A stretch of 64,000 nucleotides of DNA from Legionella sp. (GTDB taxonomy: Bacteria > Pseudomonadota > Gammaproteobacteria > Legionellales > Legionellaceae). The position numbers were made by a program, and so were the translations under genes. Positions 1 through 10,334 of this stretch are shown in pieces. A model generated the notes under the pieces. The model was given only the letters and a program-made list of their open reading frames with translations. It was not told the DNA's origin and did not search any database. The stretch is from contig JAUXYG010000195.1 in the NCBI GenBank assembly GCA_030694525.1, forward strand, positions 3,292-67,291, written 5' to 3'. Within the stretch, counting starts at the first letter, position 1; each line of letters opens with the position of its first letter.

Positions 1-30
1 TGGTTATATAATCAAAATATTACGAATCAA

Positions 31-306
31 ATGAGAGCGGTGTTGCAGTTAGCTTATCAAGTCATGTACCTTATTCCTTTACTATTAACACTGATTCTTT
101 ATAGTTTGCTAAAAAAAATAAAATGGTTTGCTCAATTGGAAAGAACACTGAAGATGAGTGCTTTATTAATTCTAATTGCTGTTGGATTTATTTTAATAAT
201 TTATCCCTATGTGCTTGCAAATCTGCTGTTCTCTTTAATGCTAATTCTTATTTTATTGGTGTTAGGCCTCATATTAAGGAAAACACTTTATTTATCTCAT
301 GATTGA
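31..306 (+). CDS. small hydrophobic membrane protein, function unknown
   Basis: 91-aa ORF with about three Leu/Ile-rich hydrophobic segments. Confidence 0.6.
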   Translation: MRAVLQLAYQVMYLIPLLLTLILYSLLKKIKWFAQLERTLKMSALLILIAVGFILIIYPYVLANLLFSLMLILILLVLGLILRKTLYLSHD

Positions 307-366
307 AAGGTTATTGGACTATTTTGATTTATATAATACACTCAATTAGAGATTATTAAGTGTGGA

Positions 367-639
367 TTGATGGTTATGGATGATGAGGCCTCAAGTTACA
401 GGCATTTGCTCCCAATAGTTGTGGAAGTAGAGCAGGGCAAGCATTACAAATGGTGTGGTTGTGGACAAAGTGCCACTCCCCCTCTTTGTGATAAAGATAC
501 TTGCGGCAGCAAGGCAATCTCTTATTATGCTGAATTAACGGAAGATGTGTGTTTTTGTAATTGCAAGCAAACAAAGAATCCTCCCTGGTGTGATGGGTCG
601 CATGCAAAATTGTTGTGTGAATATCTCAAAAACAGGTAA
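367..639 (+). CDS. CDGSH iron-sulfur domain protein (two-domain, CISD3/MiNT-like)
   Basis: WCGCGQSATPPLCD and FCNCKQTKNPPWCDGSH motifs. Confidence 0.9.
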   Translation: MMVMDDEASSYRHLLPIVVEVEQGKHYKWCGCGQSATPPLCDKDTCGSKAISYYAELTEDVCFCNCKQTKNPPWCDGSHAKLLCEYLKNR

Positions 640-667
640 TGTCCATAAATGGTGAAAGGATTTCGCA

Positions 668-2212
668 ATGATTGATCAGGAACTTAAGAAAAAGATTTTA
701 AATACCATTAGTGGTTACGAATTAAAATGCGACAAAATGCAGGTGCAAATTAATGGATTGAAAAATGCCATTCATCAGCTCATCATTTCACCCGGTATAA
801 ATCACGCACAAGACGAACATTTCTTTCAATTACGCGATGAGCTTGACGCAGAATTTGATGCGGTTGCTTTTGAAAAAAAAGTGAATTACCTGGCAGAAGT
901 CATTATAGAAACACATAAGAAAAAGACGGAGCATACCCGAGTGCTTTCTGATTTAATCCGGCAGGGAACTGATTCAATCAGCCGATTAGCATCCAAACCT
1001 CAAGATAAAAAAGCTTTAGGTAAACTACAAAAAATGATGGCTGGTGATCCGGAGAATCACATCATCCTGGTGCATTTTAATGAAGTTCTAAGTCAATGTA
1101 TCTCATCGGTTACCCGAGAGATTGACGAGCTCGGGAAAATAATCAAACTGAATACATCCAATAAAGAACCCACAGGTATTAGTACTAAGGTAAATGATAG
1201 CTTGCAACAATTATTGAATCATCTCTCTATCCCTCAGGATTTAGATGCAAAAAAAGAATATATTAAAAATAGCCTGGACAAACAGTTAAGTGGTGAGGAT
1301 TTAAGTAAAATTATTGATGGGTTGACGGAATTGGTGGTTGACGCATTTAATGTGGAGCAAAATCGATTTAAAGGATTTCTTGAGCAGCTTACTCATCAAT
1401 TACAAGATTTTGAAGTTTTTTTAAAGTCTTCTTCTGATACTCGAACTCAGGCTACTGAAGAGAGTCGGCAATTAGAACATGGCATTCAGGATAACTTGAA
1501 TCAAATTAAAAATCATTTGGACACCTCTAAAACTATTGAAGAGTTGTCTGCCAAGATAAATCAAAATCTTAAAATGATTGGAGAGCGAATTAAAGAATAT
1601 CATTTTAATGAGCTAAACAGACAAATAGAATACGAAAAGCAGGTGGTTACACTTCAAGCGAAATTGTCTGAGTCAGAGCAAAATGCAGAAGAAATCAAAA
1701 ATTTATTGTCGTTTCAAAAATATAAAATCAATCATGACAGCCTGACCGGTTTACCTAATCGGGAATCCTATGAAGAACATATTCTTGATACGTTACAGCG
1801 TTGGAAAAAACATGGCAAAGCGCTCTCTTTAGCGGTTTGTGATATCGATCATTTTAAACATATTAACGATACTTTTGGCCATTTAGCTGGGGATAAGGTT
1901 TTAAAAAAAGTAGCTTCAATTTTTAAATCCTCTATTCGAAATGTGGATTTTATTGCTCGGGTGGGTGGAGAAGAATTTGTGTTTATTTTTGAGCAAACAT
2001 CCTCTCAATCTGCTTATATATTAATCGAAAAACTACGAAAAATGGTAGAAGAGTGTCAGTTTTTCTATCGCGACAATAAAGTGGAAGTAACGGTATCCTT
2101 TGGTCTTACTACGGTGGTGAATGAAGATGATATGGAGTCAGTGTTTGTGAGGGCTGATAATGCAATGTATAAGGCAAAAAATGCTGGGCGAAATCGTATT
2201 GAAATTTTATGA
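668..2212 (+). CDS. diguanylate cyclase with long N-terminal coiled coil
   Basis: HDSLTGLPNR, DIDHFKHINDTFGHLAGD and GGEEF active site; RNVD inhibitory site five residues before GGEEF. Confidence 0.95.
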   Translation: MIDQELKKKILNTISGYELKCDKMQVQINGLKNAIHQLIISPGINHAQDEHFFQLRDELDAEFDAVAFEKKVNYLAEVIIETHKKKTEHTRVLSDLIRQGTDSISRLASKPQDKKALGKLQKMMAGDPENHIILVHFNEVLSQCISSVTREIDELGKIIKLNTSNKEPTGISTKVNDSLQQLLNHLSIPQDLDAKKEYIKNSLDKQLSGEDLSKIIDGLTELVVDAFNVEQNRFKGFLEQLTHQLQDFEVFLKSSSDTRTQATEESRQLEHGIQDNLNQIKNHLDTSKTIEELSAKINQNLKMIGERIKEYHFNELNRQIEYEKQVVTLQAKLSESEQNAEEIKNLLSFQKYKINHDSLTGLPNRESYEEHILDTLQRWKKHGKALSLAVCDIDHFKHINDTFGHLAGDKVLKKVASIFKSSIRNVDFIARVGGEEFVFIFEQTSSQSAYILIEKLRKMVEECQFFYRDNKVEVTVSFGLTTVVNEDDMESVFVRADNAMYKAKNAGRNRIEIL

Positions 2213-2300
2213 ATTTATTTGAAGTTCGCACCTTATATTTAACTTGATCTCCTAAGCCTGATTTGGGATCATCGTTCTATATTATTTTTCAGGCGATACC

Positions 2301-3284
2301 ATGAGTAAAATGATTGATATTCCCGTTGTAATCGAAAGTGGGCAGAAATATAAAAACTCTCAGGGTGTTACAGCCATTAAAGATGGTGTTAAATCTACAG
2401 ACATGATCCATGAACGTCTGCCTAAGCCAAAATGGCTTCGAATCGTAAATCATACAACCCCAGTATATAATAAGGTTAAAGAGCAAGTTCAAAAACATCG
2501 ACTCGCTACGGTTTGCGAAGAGGCGAAATGTCCTAATATTGCTGAATGCTGGTCCCATGGCACTGCAACCATTATGTTAATGGGAGCTATATGTACTCGT
2601 GCTTGTCGTTTTTGTGCTGTTGATACCGGTAATCCTCGCGGATGGCTTGATTTGGAAGAACCTGAAAACACCGCACGCACCGTAAGCTTAATGAATCTTG
2701 ATTATGTAGTGCTCACATCGGTAAATCGAGATGATTTACCGGATGGTGGTGCAGCGCATTACGCAAATACAATTAAAGCGATTAAAAAAGCCTCTCCGCA
2801 CACTAAAATAGAAGCCCTGACTCCAGATTTTCAAGGTGTGGAAAAAGATGTCGCTTTACTATTAGATAGTGGAGTGGATGTATTTGCCCAGAATGTGGAA
2901 ACGGTTGAGCGGCTCACTCATCCCGTTCGGGATAATAGGGCAGGTTATCAGCAGACTTTGAATGTTTTGGCTTTTGCAAGAAAATACCGGCCTGATGTAT
3001 TAACCAAAACCAGTTTAATGCTGGGGTTAGGGGAAACAGATGAGGAAATTATCCAGACAATGGATGATTTACGAGCTCATCAAGTAGACATTCTAACTTT
3101 GGGACAATATCTTCAACCTACAAAAAATCACTTACCCATTGAACGATATGTTACCCCTGAAACCTTTAACCAATTAAGAACTATTGGTCTGGAGAAGGGT
3201 TTTTTTGAAGTTGCATCAGGTCCTTTGGTTCGCTCAAGTTACCGCGCAGATCGAATATTTAAGAAGGATAATCTTGGGCTATGA
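2301..3284 (+). CDS. lipA: lipoyl synthase
   Basis: [12 protein letters not shown] and CTRACRFC clusters; C-terminal VRSSY motif. Confidence 0.97.
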   Translation: MSKMIDIPVVIESGQKYKNSQGVTAIKDGVKSTDMIHERLPKPKWLRIVNHTTPVYNKVKEQVQKHRLATVCEEAKCPNIAECWSHGTATIMLMGAICTRACRFCAVDTGNPRGWLDLEEPENTARTVSLMNLDYVVLTSVNRDDLPDGGAAHYANTIKAIKKASPHTKIEALTPDFQGVEKDVALLLDSGVDVFAQNVETVERLTHPVRDNRAGYQQTLNVLAFARKYRPDVLTKTSLMLGLGETDEEIIQTMDDLRAHQVDILTLGQYLQPTKNHLPIERYVTPETFNQLRTIGLEKGFFEVASGPLVRSSYRADRIFKKDNLGL

Positions 3285-3359
3285 AGATCTATCGCGTGAT
3301 ACTCGATGCAATTACAGGCTTGGTCTTATACGGATACAATGGATTAGATTAGTTCAGGT

Positions 3360-3391
3360 GTAGCCTGTATTAGACGCAGTCGTAATACAGG
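3360..3391 (+). repeat. GTAG-tagged REP-like palindrome between convergent genes
   Basis: GTAG-CCTGTATTA-GACGCAGTCG-TAATACAGG; degenerate look-alikes flank it (about 3295-3425). Confidence 0.6.
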
Positions 3392-3429
3392 GATGTTCTC
3401 TGTTATCCCGTATATGACTTCGTTAATAA

Positions 3430-4248
3430 TCATTTTTTCGCAAGTACAATATCGATAATGTGCGTATCATGATAAGGAAAGGTGAAAATTTTACTAAAAA
3501 GCCGTTTAAGCCTTTGGATTAAAAAATATTTGGGAAGCATTCGAATTGATATGGTATTAAGAAACCAGGTTCCCTCAATTCCAAAAAGTGCCAGTTCATC
3601 AATATTATTCAAGGTAATGGGTATCTCAAGTCGTTTGTGGGCAATAACCTCAAATTGATGTTGTTTAAAAGCTAACAATAATTCGTCCTGATTTGCAGCC
3701 ACGGTGGTATTCTTTACTATAGATTTGTAATAGTGGCCTACCACACTGCCTAATATGGAATCTTGAGCAATAAATTCGGCTAAATGTTGCTGCGCTACCG
3801 GAAAAGAATCATAGGTGGTAGTAATCAAAGAGAAATGGCCATTTGCGCGGGTTAAAAGCCGAGCTTCATCAAACAAAGTACTGATAGGAATGTAGGCATT
3901 TATAAAATGAGCCAGCACCAAATCCTGACTGTGGGGTGGCAAAAAACGATCTGCTTCAACCGCACTCCCTTCAATTGTTTTTAGTGGTAGTGCCTGTTCG
4001 GCTCTTTTTAACATTTCAGAAGATACGTCAATGCCGGTAAATTCGGCCAATGGCATCTCTTTATGAAGTTTTTGTAAAAAAGCGCCATTGCCCACCCCTA
4101 AATCAAGAATTTTATATTGAGGCTTTAAACCCAAATAAAATTTCTTCATTTGTTCGATAGCAATAGCATGACTCTGGCTAATCGCCCCAAAGCGATTAGC
4201 TGGATTATGGCATTCAGCGATTTGGTTATACATGGCCTTCAAGGACAT
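3430..4248 (-). CDS. class I SAM-dependent methyltransferase
   Basis: ILDLGVGNG motif I, GIDVSSEML motif II. Confidence 0.85.
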   Translation of the reverse strand: MSLKAMYNQIAECHNPANRFGAISQSHAIAIEQMKKFYLGLKPQYKILDLGVGNGAFLQKLHKEMPLAEFTGIDVSSEMLKRAEQALPLKTIEGSAVEADRFLPPHSQDLVLAHFINAYIPISTLFDEARLLTRANGHFSLITTTYDSFPVAQQHLAEFIAQDSILGSVVGHYYKSIVKNTTVAANQDELLLAFKQHQFEVIAHKRLEIPITLNNIDELALFGIEGTWFLNTISIRMLPKYFLIQRLKRLFSKIFTFPYHDTHIIDIVLAKK

Positions 4249-4613
4249 GCAACATTCCTGTTCGTTTTATTTATCAAGTATATCCCTAAATAAGGGGAAT
4301 TGGCGACTGCTGTTTTAGGAAAATTTCGTTTAAATGAGTAAATTAGTGGCTATTCTTCTGATTGTAATGGGTGGAACAGGACAGGAATATCAATAAATAT
4401 AAGGGGTGTGGTGGTAAAGCGTAACTAAGGATTTCTCATTAATTACCAAAGCAAACTTATTTTATAGAAGTATGTTTTCCTGTATACTTCATGGCTAAAC
4501 GGTATAAATATAGAATATTACAGCCCGCCAGGATAAAATACATCACCAATTTATTTTGAGCGATTTTGTTTCTAATTAACATATGATTCGGTCTTAATTG
4601 AAGGAAGGGGTTT

Positions 4614-5636
4614 ATGAGTTGTTTTATCATTGCAGAAGCGGGTGTCAATCATAATGGTGATCTGAATCTTGCTAAAGATTTAATCTATGCAGCTCATGAT
4701 GCTGGAGCAGATGCGGTTAAGTTTCAAACATTTAAGGCAGATACTCTGGTCAATAAAACTGCTCAAAAAGCCCAATATCAAAAAAACAATACCTCTGGTT
4801 CTCAAACTCAATATGAAATGTTAAAAGCTTTGGAACTATCTACCGAAGATCATTTTATACTCAGTGCTCTGGCTCTTTCAGTAGGGATTGAGTTTATGTC
4901 AACAGGGTTTGATGAGGAGATGATAGACTTTTTAGTGCAGCTTGAAGTAAAGCGTTTAAAAATCCCATCAGGTGAAATTACCAACATTCCGTATCTTAAA
5001 CACTTAGCCAAAACCCAACTGCCATTAATCATGTCTACAGGAATGTGTGATTTGGATGAAGTGAGACTGGCCGTTGATACGATCAGACCTTTTTATGGTC
5101 CTCATTTAAAGGATAATCTGGTATTGCTGCATTGTACCTCAAATTATCCAGCTGCGTATGCTGATGTTAATTTAAAAGCCATGCAAACACTGGCTAATGA
5201 ATTTAATCTTCCCGTTGGTTATTCTGATCATACTTTGGGTATGTTAGTCCCCACTTTAGCTGTGGGTCTTGGTGCCTGCGTTATCGAAAAACATTTTACC
5301 TTAGATAAGTCTCTTCCAGGTCCTGATCATGCGGCATCAATGACTCCTCTTGAAATGAAGCAATTGGTTCAAGCCATTAGAGATACAGAGTCCGCCCTGG
5401 GTACAGGAGATAAACGACCTGCAGCAAACGAATTGCCCATTCGGGAGCTTGTTAGAAGAAGTGTGACTTTAAAACGTAGTCTGTCTAAAGGATCTGAACT
5501 CTCAATGGATGATCTGGTTCTTTTACGACCGGGTAATGGTATCAGTCCTGCTGAGCTACCCAATATAATTGGTGCCACGTTAAATTTAAACCTCGCGGAA
5601 GGCAGTACGTTAATGTGGGAACATATTACTTCATGA
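4614..5636 (+). CDS. neuB: nonulosonic acid (Neu/Leg) synthase
   Basis: IIAEAGVNHNG, KIPSGEITN, LLHCTSNYP, GYSDHT, EKHFTLD motifs; C-terminal SAF/antifreeze-like domain. Confidence 0.95.
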   Translation: MSCFIIAEAGVNHNGDLNLAKDLIYAAHDAGADAVKFQTFKADTLVNKTAQKAQYQKNNTSGSQTQYEMLKALELSTEDHFILSALALSVGIEFMSTGFDEEMIDFLVQLEVKRLKIPSGEITNIPYLKHLAKTQLPLIMSTGMCDLDEVRLAVDTIRPFYGPHLKDNLVLLHCTSNYPAAYADVNLKAMQTLANEFNLPVGYSDHTLGMLVPTLAVGLGACVIEKHFTLDKSLPGPDHAASMTPLEMKQLVQAIRDTESALGTGDKRPAANELPIRELVRRSVTLKRSLSKGSELSMDDLVLLRPGNGISPAELPNIIGATLNLNLAEGSTLMWEHITS

Positions 5637-6769
5637 TAACGCGGAAAATAATATACGTCACAGGTACACGCGCTGACTATGGTTTGATGCGCGAAGTACT
5701 CAAAAAACTACATGATTGCAAGCATATTGATTTTTCTGTATGTGTGACAGGAACTCATCTATCCCCGATTTATGGTAATACAATACGAGAAATTGAGGCT
5801 GATGCGTTTCGTATATGCGGTGTTATACCGGTTGATGTCGAGCAAACCACCCATGTTACCATGATTCAGGCTATAGGCCATGAAATCCTGGGTATGACCG
5901 AAATCTTTTCTCGCGAAAAGCCCGATATTGTTTTACTGTTAGGCGATAGGGGAGAAATGTTGGCTGCCGCGCTTACAGCAGTTCATTTAAACATTCCTAT
6001 TGTTCATTTACATGGTGGAGAGCGTTCCGGAACCGTCGATGAGATGGTGCGGCATGCGATATCCAAATTATCACATTATCACTTTGTAGCGACCGAAGCG
6101 TCAAAAGAACGGTTGATCAAAATGGGGGAGTATGAACACTCTATTTTTGTGGTAGGGGCTCCTGGTCTTGATGAGATGAAGCATTATAAGGCTTCATCGC
6201 GAGATTCATTCCTTCGTCATTATAATTTTTTACCAGATAAAAAAATTTGTCTCTGTGTATTTCATCCCGTTGTGCAGGAGTATAATGACTTGGCGCAGCA
6301 ATTTCATGATATGATTGACGCAGCTTTGCTGGCGAATCTGCAAATAATTTGTTTGCAACCTAATTCGGATGCGGGAGGCCAGATAATCAGAAACGCAATG
6401 GCGCAATATCTTGATCATCCGGATATTCGAATCATTACTCATTTACCCAGAGCGGAATATATTAACTGCATGGCAAATGTTGATGTCATGTTAGGTAATT
6501 CCAGTAGTGGTATCATTGAGGCGGCAACGTTCAATTTAGTGGTGGTTAATATTGGCAGCAGACAAAACCTACGGGAATATGGTGATAATACTATTCATGT
6601 ATCGTCCTCTCTGGAATCAATCTCACAAGGATTACAATCCGCTTTGAGTCGGGAGGCTAAATCTTACACCAATGTTTATGGTGATGGTAATTCCAGTGAG
6701 CGATGTTTTAATTTATTAACTAGTTTGGATCTGGACGCAGCTATCTTGAGTAAATGTAATGCATACTGA
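5615..6769 (+). CDS. neuC: UDP-N-acetylhexosamine 2-epimerase (hydrolysing)
   Basis: VTGTRADYG, LGDRGEMLA, HLHGGERSGTVDE, GNSSSGIIEA motifs; true start probably the ATG near 5633. Confidence 0.93.
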   Translation: MGTYYFMITRKIIYVTGTRADYGLMREVLKKLHDCKHIDFSVCVTGTHLSPIYGNTIREIEADAFRICGVIPVDVEQTTHVTMIQAIGHEILGMTEIFSREKPDIVLLLGDRGEMLAAALTAVHLNIPIVHLHGGERSGTVDEMVRHAISKLSHYHFVATEASKERLIKMGEYEHSIFVVGAPGLDEMKHYKASSRDSFLRHYNFLPDKKICLCVFHPVVQEYNDLAQQFHDMIDAALLANLQIICLQPNSDAGGQIIRNAMAQYLDHPDIRIITHLPRAEYINCMANVDVMLGNSSSGIIEAATFNLVVVNIGSRQNLREYGDNTIHVSSSLESISQGLQSALSREAKSYTNVYGDGNSSERCFNLLTSLDLDAAILSKCNAY

Positions 6770-7379
6770 TTTTTTAAAAATTGTTGGATGTGGCGGGCAC
6801 AGTAGAGTTGTTCTCGACGCAATCTCATTATCCTCGCACAAATATCATGTGTCTTTGTGCGATAGTAATAAAGATTTATTGGGGCAAGAATTTTGTGGAC
6901 TCTTTATCGATTCGACTATGGATTCTTTAATAGACTTTATCGGTTACGCTCATGTTGCTATTGGTAATAATCCTGTCCGAAGAACTGTTTTTAAATTAAT
7001 CAATGATAACACTTCTTTACTTTCAATAATTCATCCATCAGCATTAATTGCCAAATCGGCTGTAGTCGAAGAAGGCTCATTTATAGCAGCTCGAGCCGTG
7101 CTCGCTCCAGATTGCTATATAGGTAAAGGGTGTATTGTGAATCATGGTGCTGTAATCGACCATGAGGTACGTGTTGGAGCATTCTCTCATATTGCACCTA
7201 ATTCCACGTTGGGTGGTAATGTTGTAATTGGTGAAGGAGTACTTGTTGGCGCTGGCGCAGTAATATTGCCAGGAATTCAGGTGGGTGATGGGGCTATTAT
7301 CGGTGCTGGGGCAGTAGTGATTCATGATGTAAAAGAAAACACTCAGGTAATGGGTGTTCCCGCGGTATGTAAGGAATAG
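6759..7379 (+). CDS. neuD: NeuD/PglD-family sugar N/O-acetyltransferase
   Basis: GCGGHSRVV N-terminus, IIHPSA, hexapeptide repeats. Confidence 0.85.
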   Translation: MHTDFLKIVGCGGHSRVVLDAISLSSHKYHVSLCDSNKDLLGQEFCGLFIDSTMDSLIDFIGYAHVAIGNNPVRRTVFKLINDNTSLLSIIHPSALIAKSAVVEEGSFIAARAVLAPDCYIGKGCIVNHGAVIDHEVRVGAFSHIAPNSTLGGNVVIGEGVLVGAGAVILPGIQVGDGAIIGAGAVVIHDVKENTQVMGVPAVCKE

Positions 7380-8895
7380 AATGTTGAATATTAGCGAATT
7401 ATATGTAAAAAAATCGGTCAGTTTGAAAACTGCATTAAGTAAATTAGACCAAACAGCTTTAGGGGTTCTGTTTTTGGTTGATGAAGAGGATCGATTTTTA
7501 AGAACTGTTACTGATGGTGATGTTCGCCGTTTACTCTTAAAAAAATGCACTCTTGATTCATATCTTCATGAATTACCTGAGCATACTTCCGTTACCCTAC
7601 TTGCTTCTGAACCGATACAAAATGCTTATCATTTAATGCAAAAACATGAATTAGATCATATTCCTTTAATTGATGAGCAGGGAAGACCTGTACGATTAAT
7701 TCATCGTCGTGAGCTGAGCTCAAATATTCATTTATCTTCTCCTCATATTGGTGATCAGGAACAGCACTATGTTCAGGAAGCTTTTGCTACTAATTGGGTG
7801 GCACCTTTAGGTCCTAACGTTGATTGTTTTGAGAAAGAAATTGCACATTATGTGAAGATTAAATCTGCGGTTGCGTTAAGTTCGGGAACTGCTGCAATCC
7901 ATCTGGCCTTGCTGGTATTAGGAATTAAACCTGATGATCTGGTGTTTGTATCAAGTTTTACCTTTGTTGCAACGGTTAATCCCGTCTTATATCAGTTTGC
8001 TACACCCGTATTTATCGATTCCGATTTAGAGACATGGAATATGTCTCCGGTAGCTCTCGAACGAGCGCTCTCTGACGCAAAAGCGGCAAATAAACTCCCC
8101 AAAGCAGTTATTATTGTAAATTTATACGGTCAAAGCGCGAATTATGATGCATTATGTGCTGTTTGCGAACGCTATAACGTACCTATTATTGAAGATGCAG
8201 CTGAATCATTGGGTGCAACGTACCACAACAGACATACTGGTACCTTTGGGAAACTCGGCGTATTTTCCTTTAACGGCAATAAAATAATTACTACATCCGG
8301 TGGAGGAATGCTGGTATCGGATGATGATGATTTAATTCAACGCGCCCGTTTTCTTGCGACTCAAGCTCGAGATCCTGCGCCTCACTACGAACATTCTGTG
8401 GTGGGTTACAATTATCGAATGAGTAATGTTTTGGCTGGTATTGGTAGAGGACAATTAAAGGTTTTAGAAAGCCGTGTTGCATCCAGACGTGCCATATTTA
8501 ATCAATATCTTGATGCCTTCAAATGTTATCCCTTTATTGAAATGATGCCAGAGATAGAGAATGGATATACCACTCGATGGCTCTCCACTATGCTAATCAA
8601 ACCAGAATTATGTTCTCTAAGGCCCGAAACGGTGATTGAGCAACTGAAACACTATAATATTGAGGCGAGACGAACATGGAAGCCTATGCATCGACAGCCT
8701 TTATTTGAAGGCGCATCTTATTACCCTCACCATATTGGTTTTAGTGTATCTGATTATTTATTTGAGCAAGGAATCTGCTTGCCTTCAGGATCAAATTTGG
8801 ATCAACAGGATCTTGACCGGGTAATTTTTTGTTTAAAAGAGATTTTTGATAAAGCAACAGTTCACCAGATTGAATCCGCTGTTCCTGCGGGATAA
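7354..8895 (+). CDS. CBS-pair plus DegT/DnrJ/EryC1/StrS (PglE/EpsN-like) sugar aminotransferase fusion
   Basis: N-terminal TVTDGDVRR and DHIPLIDEQG CBS motifs; IEDAAESLG and SFNGNKIITTSGGG PLP motifs; likely start ATG 7381. Confidence 0.88.
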   Translation: MFPRYVRNRMLNISELYVKKSVSLKTALSKLDQTALGVLFLVDEEDRFLRTVTDGDVRRLLLKKCTLDSYLHELPEHTSVTLLASEPIQNAYHLMQKHELDHIPLIDEQGRPVRLIHRRELSSNIHLSSPHIGDQEQHYVQEAFATNWVAPLGPNVDCFEKEIAHYVKIKSAVALSSGTAAIHLALLVLGIKPDDLVFVSSFTFVATVNPVLYQFATPVFIDSDLETWNMSPVALERALSDAKAANKLPKAVIIVNLYGQSANYDALCAVCERYNVPIIEDAAESLGATYHNRHTGTFGKLGVFSFNGNKIITTSGGGMLVSDDDDLIQRARFLATQARDPAPHYEHSVVGYNYRMSNVLAGIGRGQLKVLESRVASRRAIFNQYLDAFKCYPFIEMMPEIENGYTTRWLSTMLIKPELCSLRPETVIEQLKHYNIEARRTWKPMHRQPLFEGASYYPHHIGFSVSDYLFEQGICLPSGSNLDQQDLDRVIFCLKEIFDKATVHQIESAVPAG

Positions 8896-9052
8896 ACACT
8901 TTAATTTCTCGATTTGGGTGACTGATTTATGGTTCTATAATTCAGTTACTCTCCTGTTTTCGAAAGTAAGAGCCGTGCTATGTAGGGTTCATTTGAGGTT
9001 ATAGATAACAGTTAAAAAATAATGAATAGTATCACCTATAATGAGTCTTTTA

Positions 9053-10123
9053 TTAACTCTTTTTTGTGCGTAAGCTCATCTGTAGAATAATCAATGATAG
9101 CCCAGCGAAAAACCCAAAGAACGCTCCTGCAATGATGAATATCTTTTTATTAGGATATATAGTTTCAGTAGTTGGTGAAGAGGGTGCATTAAATGTTTTG
9201 ACATGACCCAAATCAAAGTTCAGATTCTTGAGCATTTGTAATGCAACATTTTCCTTATCGTCAATGATATGATTAATGGACTTATCATCAGTGGAGAGCA
9301 TATCCATGTATATTTGCTCTTTTAACAACCTATTTTGTAACAGAGACAACTGTGCTTTAGATTTTACAGGATCTCTCTGTGCTTCTTGAATTTGTGACCT
9401 TAATCGCTCTATTAAAAATAGATGTTTATTCTTTAGAGTTTTTACTTGATTCATGACGAGTTGGTCTAGATTACTGGTTTGTATATTTACTAAATCATGT
9501 TGCTTCATGGCAATGTCATTGACTAACTTATTATTTGTATAATCGAGGTAACGCGCGTTCAGATCACTTTTTGCTATATTGCTCGGGGACATAATAATTA
9601 ATTCGGCGTCTATACCATTATCCATCATTTTATTTGGATTTAATTGGTTTTCTTGCAGCCGCCCTTGATTTTCATTGATTTTTACGCGCGACTTCAAATG
9701 CATTGCATCAAATGATAAACCATCGTTCTTAAAAGAGGACTCATCTAAAGCATTGTTTTTCTGTGAATATTGACTTAAAAAGGATGTGAAATTTTGTGGG
9801 TTCGCCAGTTTTTTTAGAAACAGATTAAACACCTCGGACTGATTCAGCTGAGATCCCGAATTAATATATAAATCTTTAAAATCGTTGACAGTGGGCTCTT
9901 CCAGGTGGGTTGAAATTCTAAACTGAGGTTTTAGAGTAAACGTAAATGCAAAAGATAAAAGCGCGAAAAAAAGGGTAAAGGATAATAACAACCAGGATTT
10001 TTTATATAATTCAGAAAAAAGTTTTTTAAGATCGATCATTTTAAAGTCATCGTTATCTACATTATAAAGAATAATGGATGAATCAATTAAAGATGCTCTA
10101 GGCGAACCTATCTCATTATGCAT
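9053..10123 (-). CDS. wzz: O-antigen chain-length determinant (polysaccharide co-polymerase)
   Basis: IDLKKLFSELYKKSWLL before TM1, periplasmic coiled coil, PNKKIFIIAGAFFGFFAG before TM2. Confidence 0.85.
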   Translation of the reverse strand: MHNEIGSPRASLIDSSIILYNVDNDDFKMIDLKKLFSELYKKSWLLLSFTLFFALLSFAFTFTLKPQFRISTHLEEPTVNDFKDLYINSGSQLNQSEVFNLFLKKLANPQNFTSFLSQYSQKNNALDESSFKNDGLSFDAMHLKSRVKINENQGRLQENQLNPNKMMDNGIDAELIIMSPSNIAKSDLNARYLDYTNNKLVNDIAMKQHDLVNIQTSNLDQLVMNQVKTLKNKHLFLIERLRSQIQEAQRDPVKSKAQLSLLQNRLLKEQIYMDMLSTDDKSINHIIDDKENVALQMLKNLNFDLGHVKTFNAPSSPTTETIYPNKKIFIIAGAFFGFFAGLSLIILQMSLRTKKS

Positions 10124-10334
10124 AGTTTACTTCCCGGTGTTCTTTGCTAAAAAGATTTTATGACAGGTTGATACGATTAGTGACAACCTGAGCGCAAATA
10201 AAGGGTAATAATAACTTAATTATTACAATTTCTAAAACTATTTTTACTGATCGATTAATGTATTTGAATGGTTGTTGTACTTTTTAAATTAAAAAGTTAA
10301 GATATTCCTCTTAACATATAAGGGAATTAGCACT

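Noticed and set aside
4334-4396. 20-codon hydrophobic ORF MSKLVAILLIVMGGTGQEYQ
   Set aside because: Too short, weak RBS spacing, lies in a divergent promoter region; no support without ribosome profiling
4410-4422. ops/JUMPstart-like GGTGGTAAAGCGT upstream of neuB
   Set aside because: Poor match to GGCGGTAG and no JUMPstart stem
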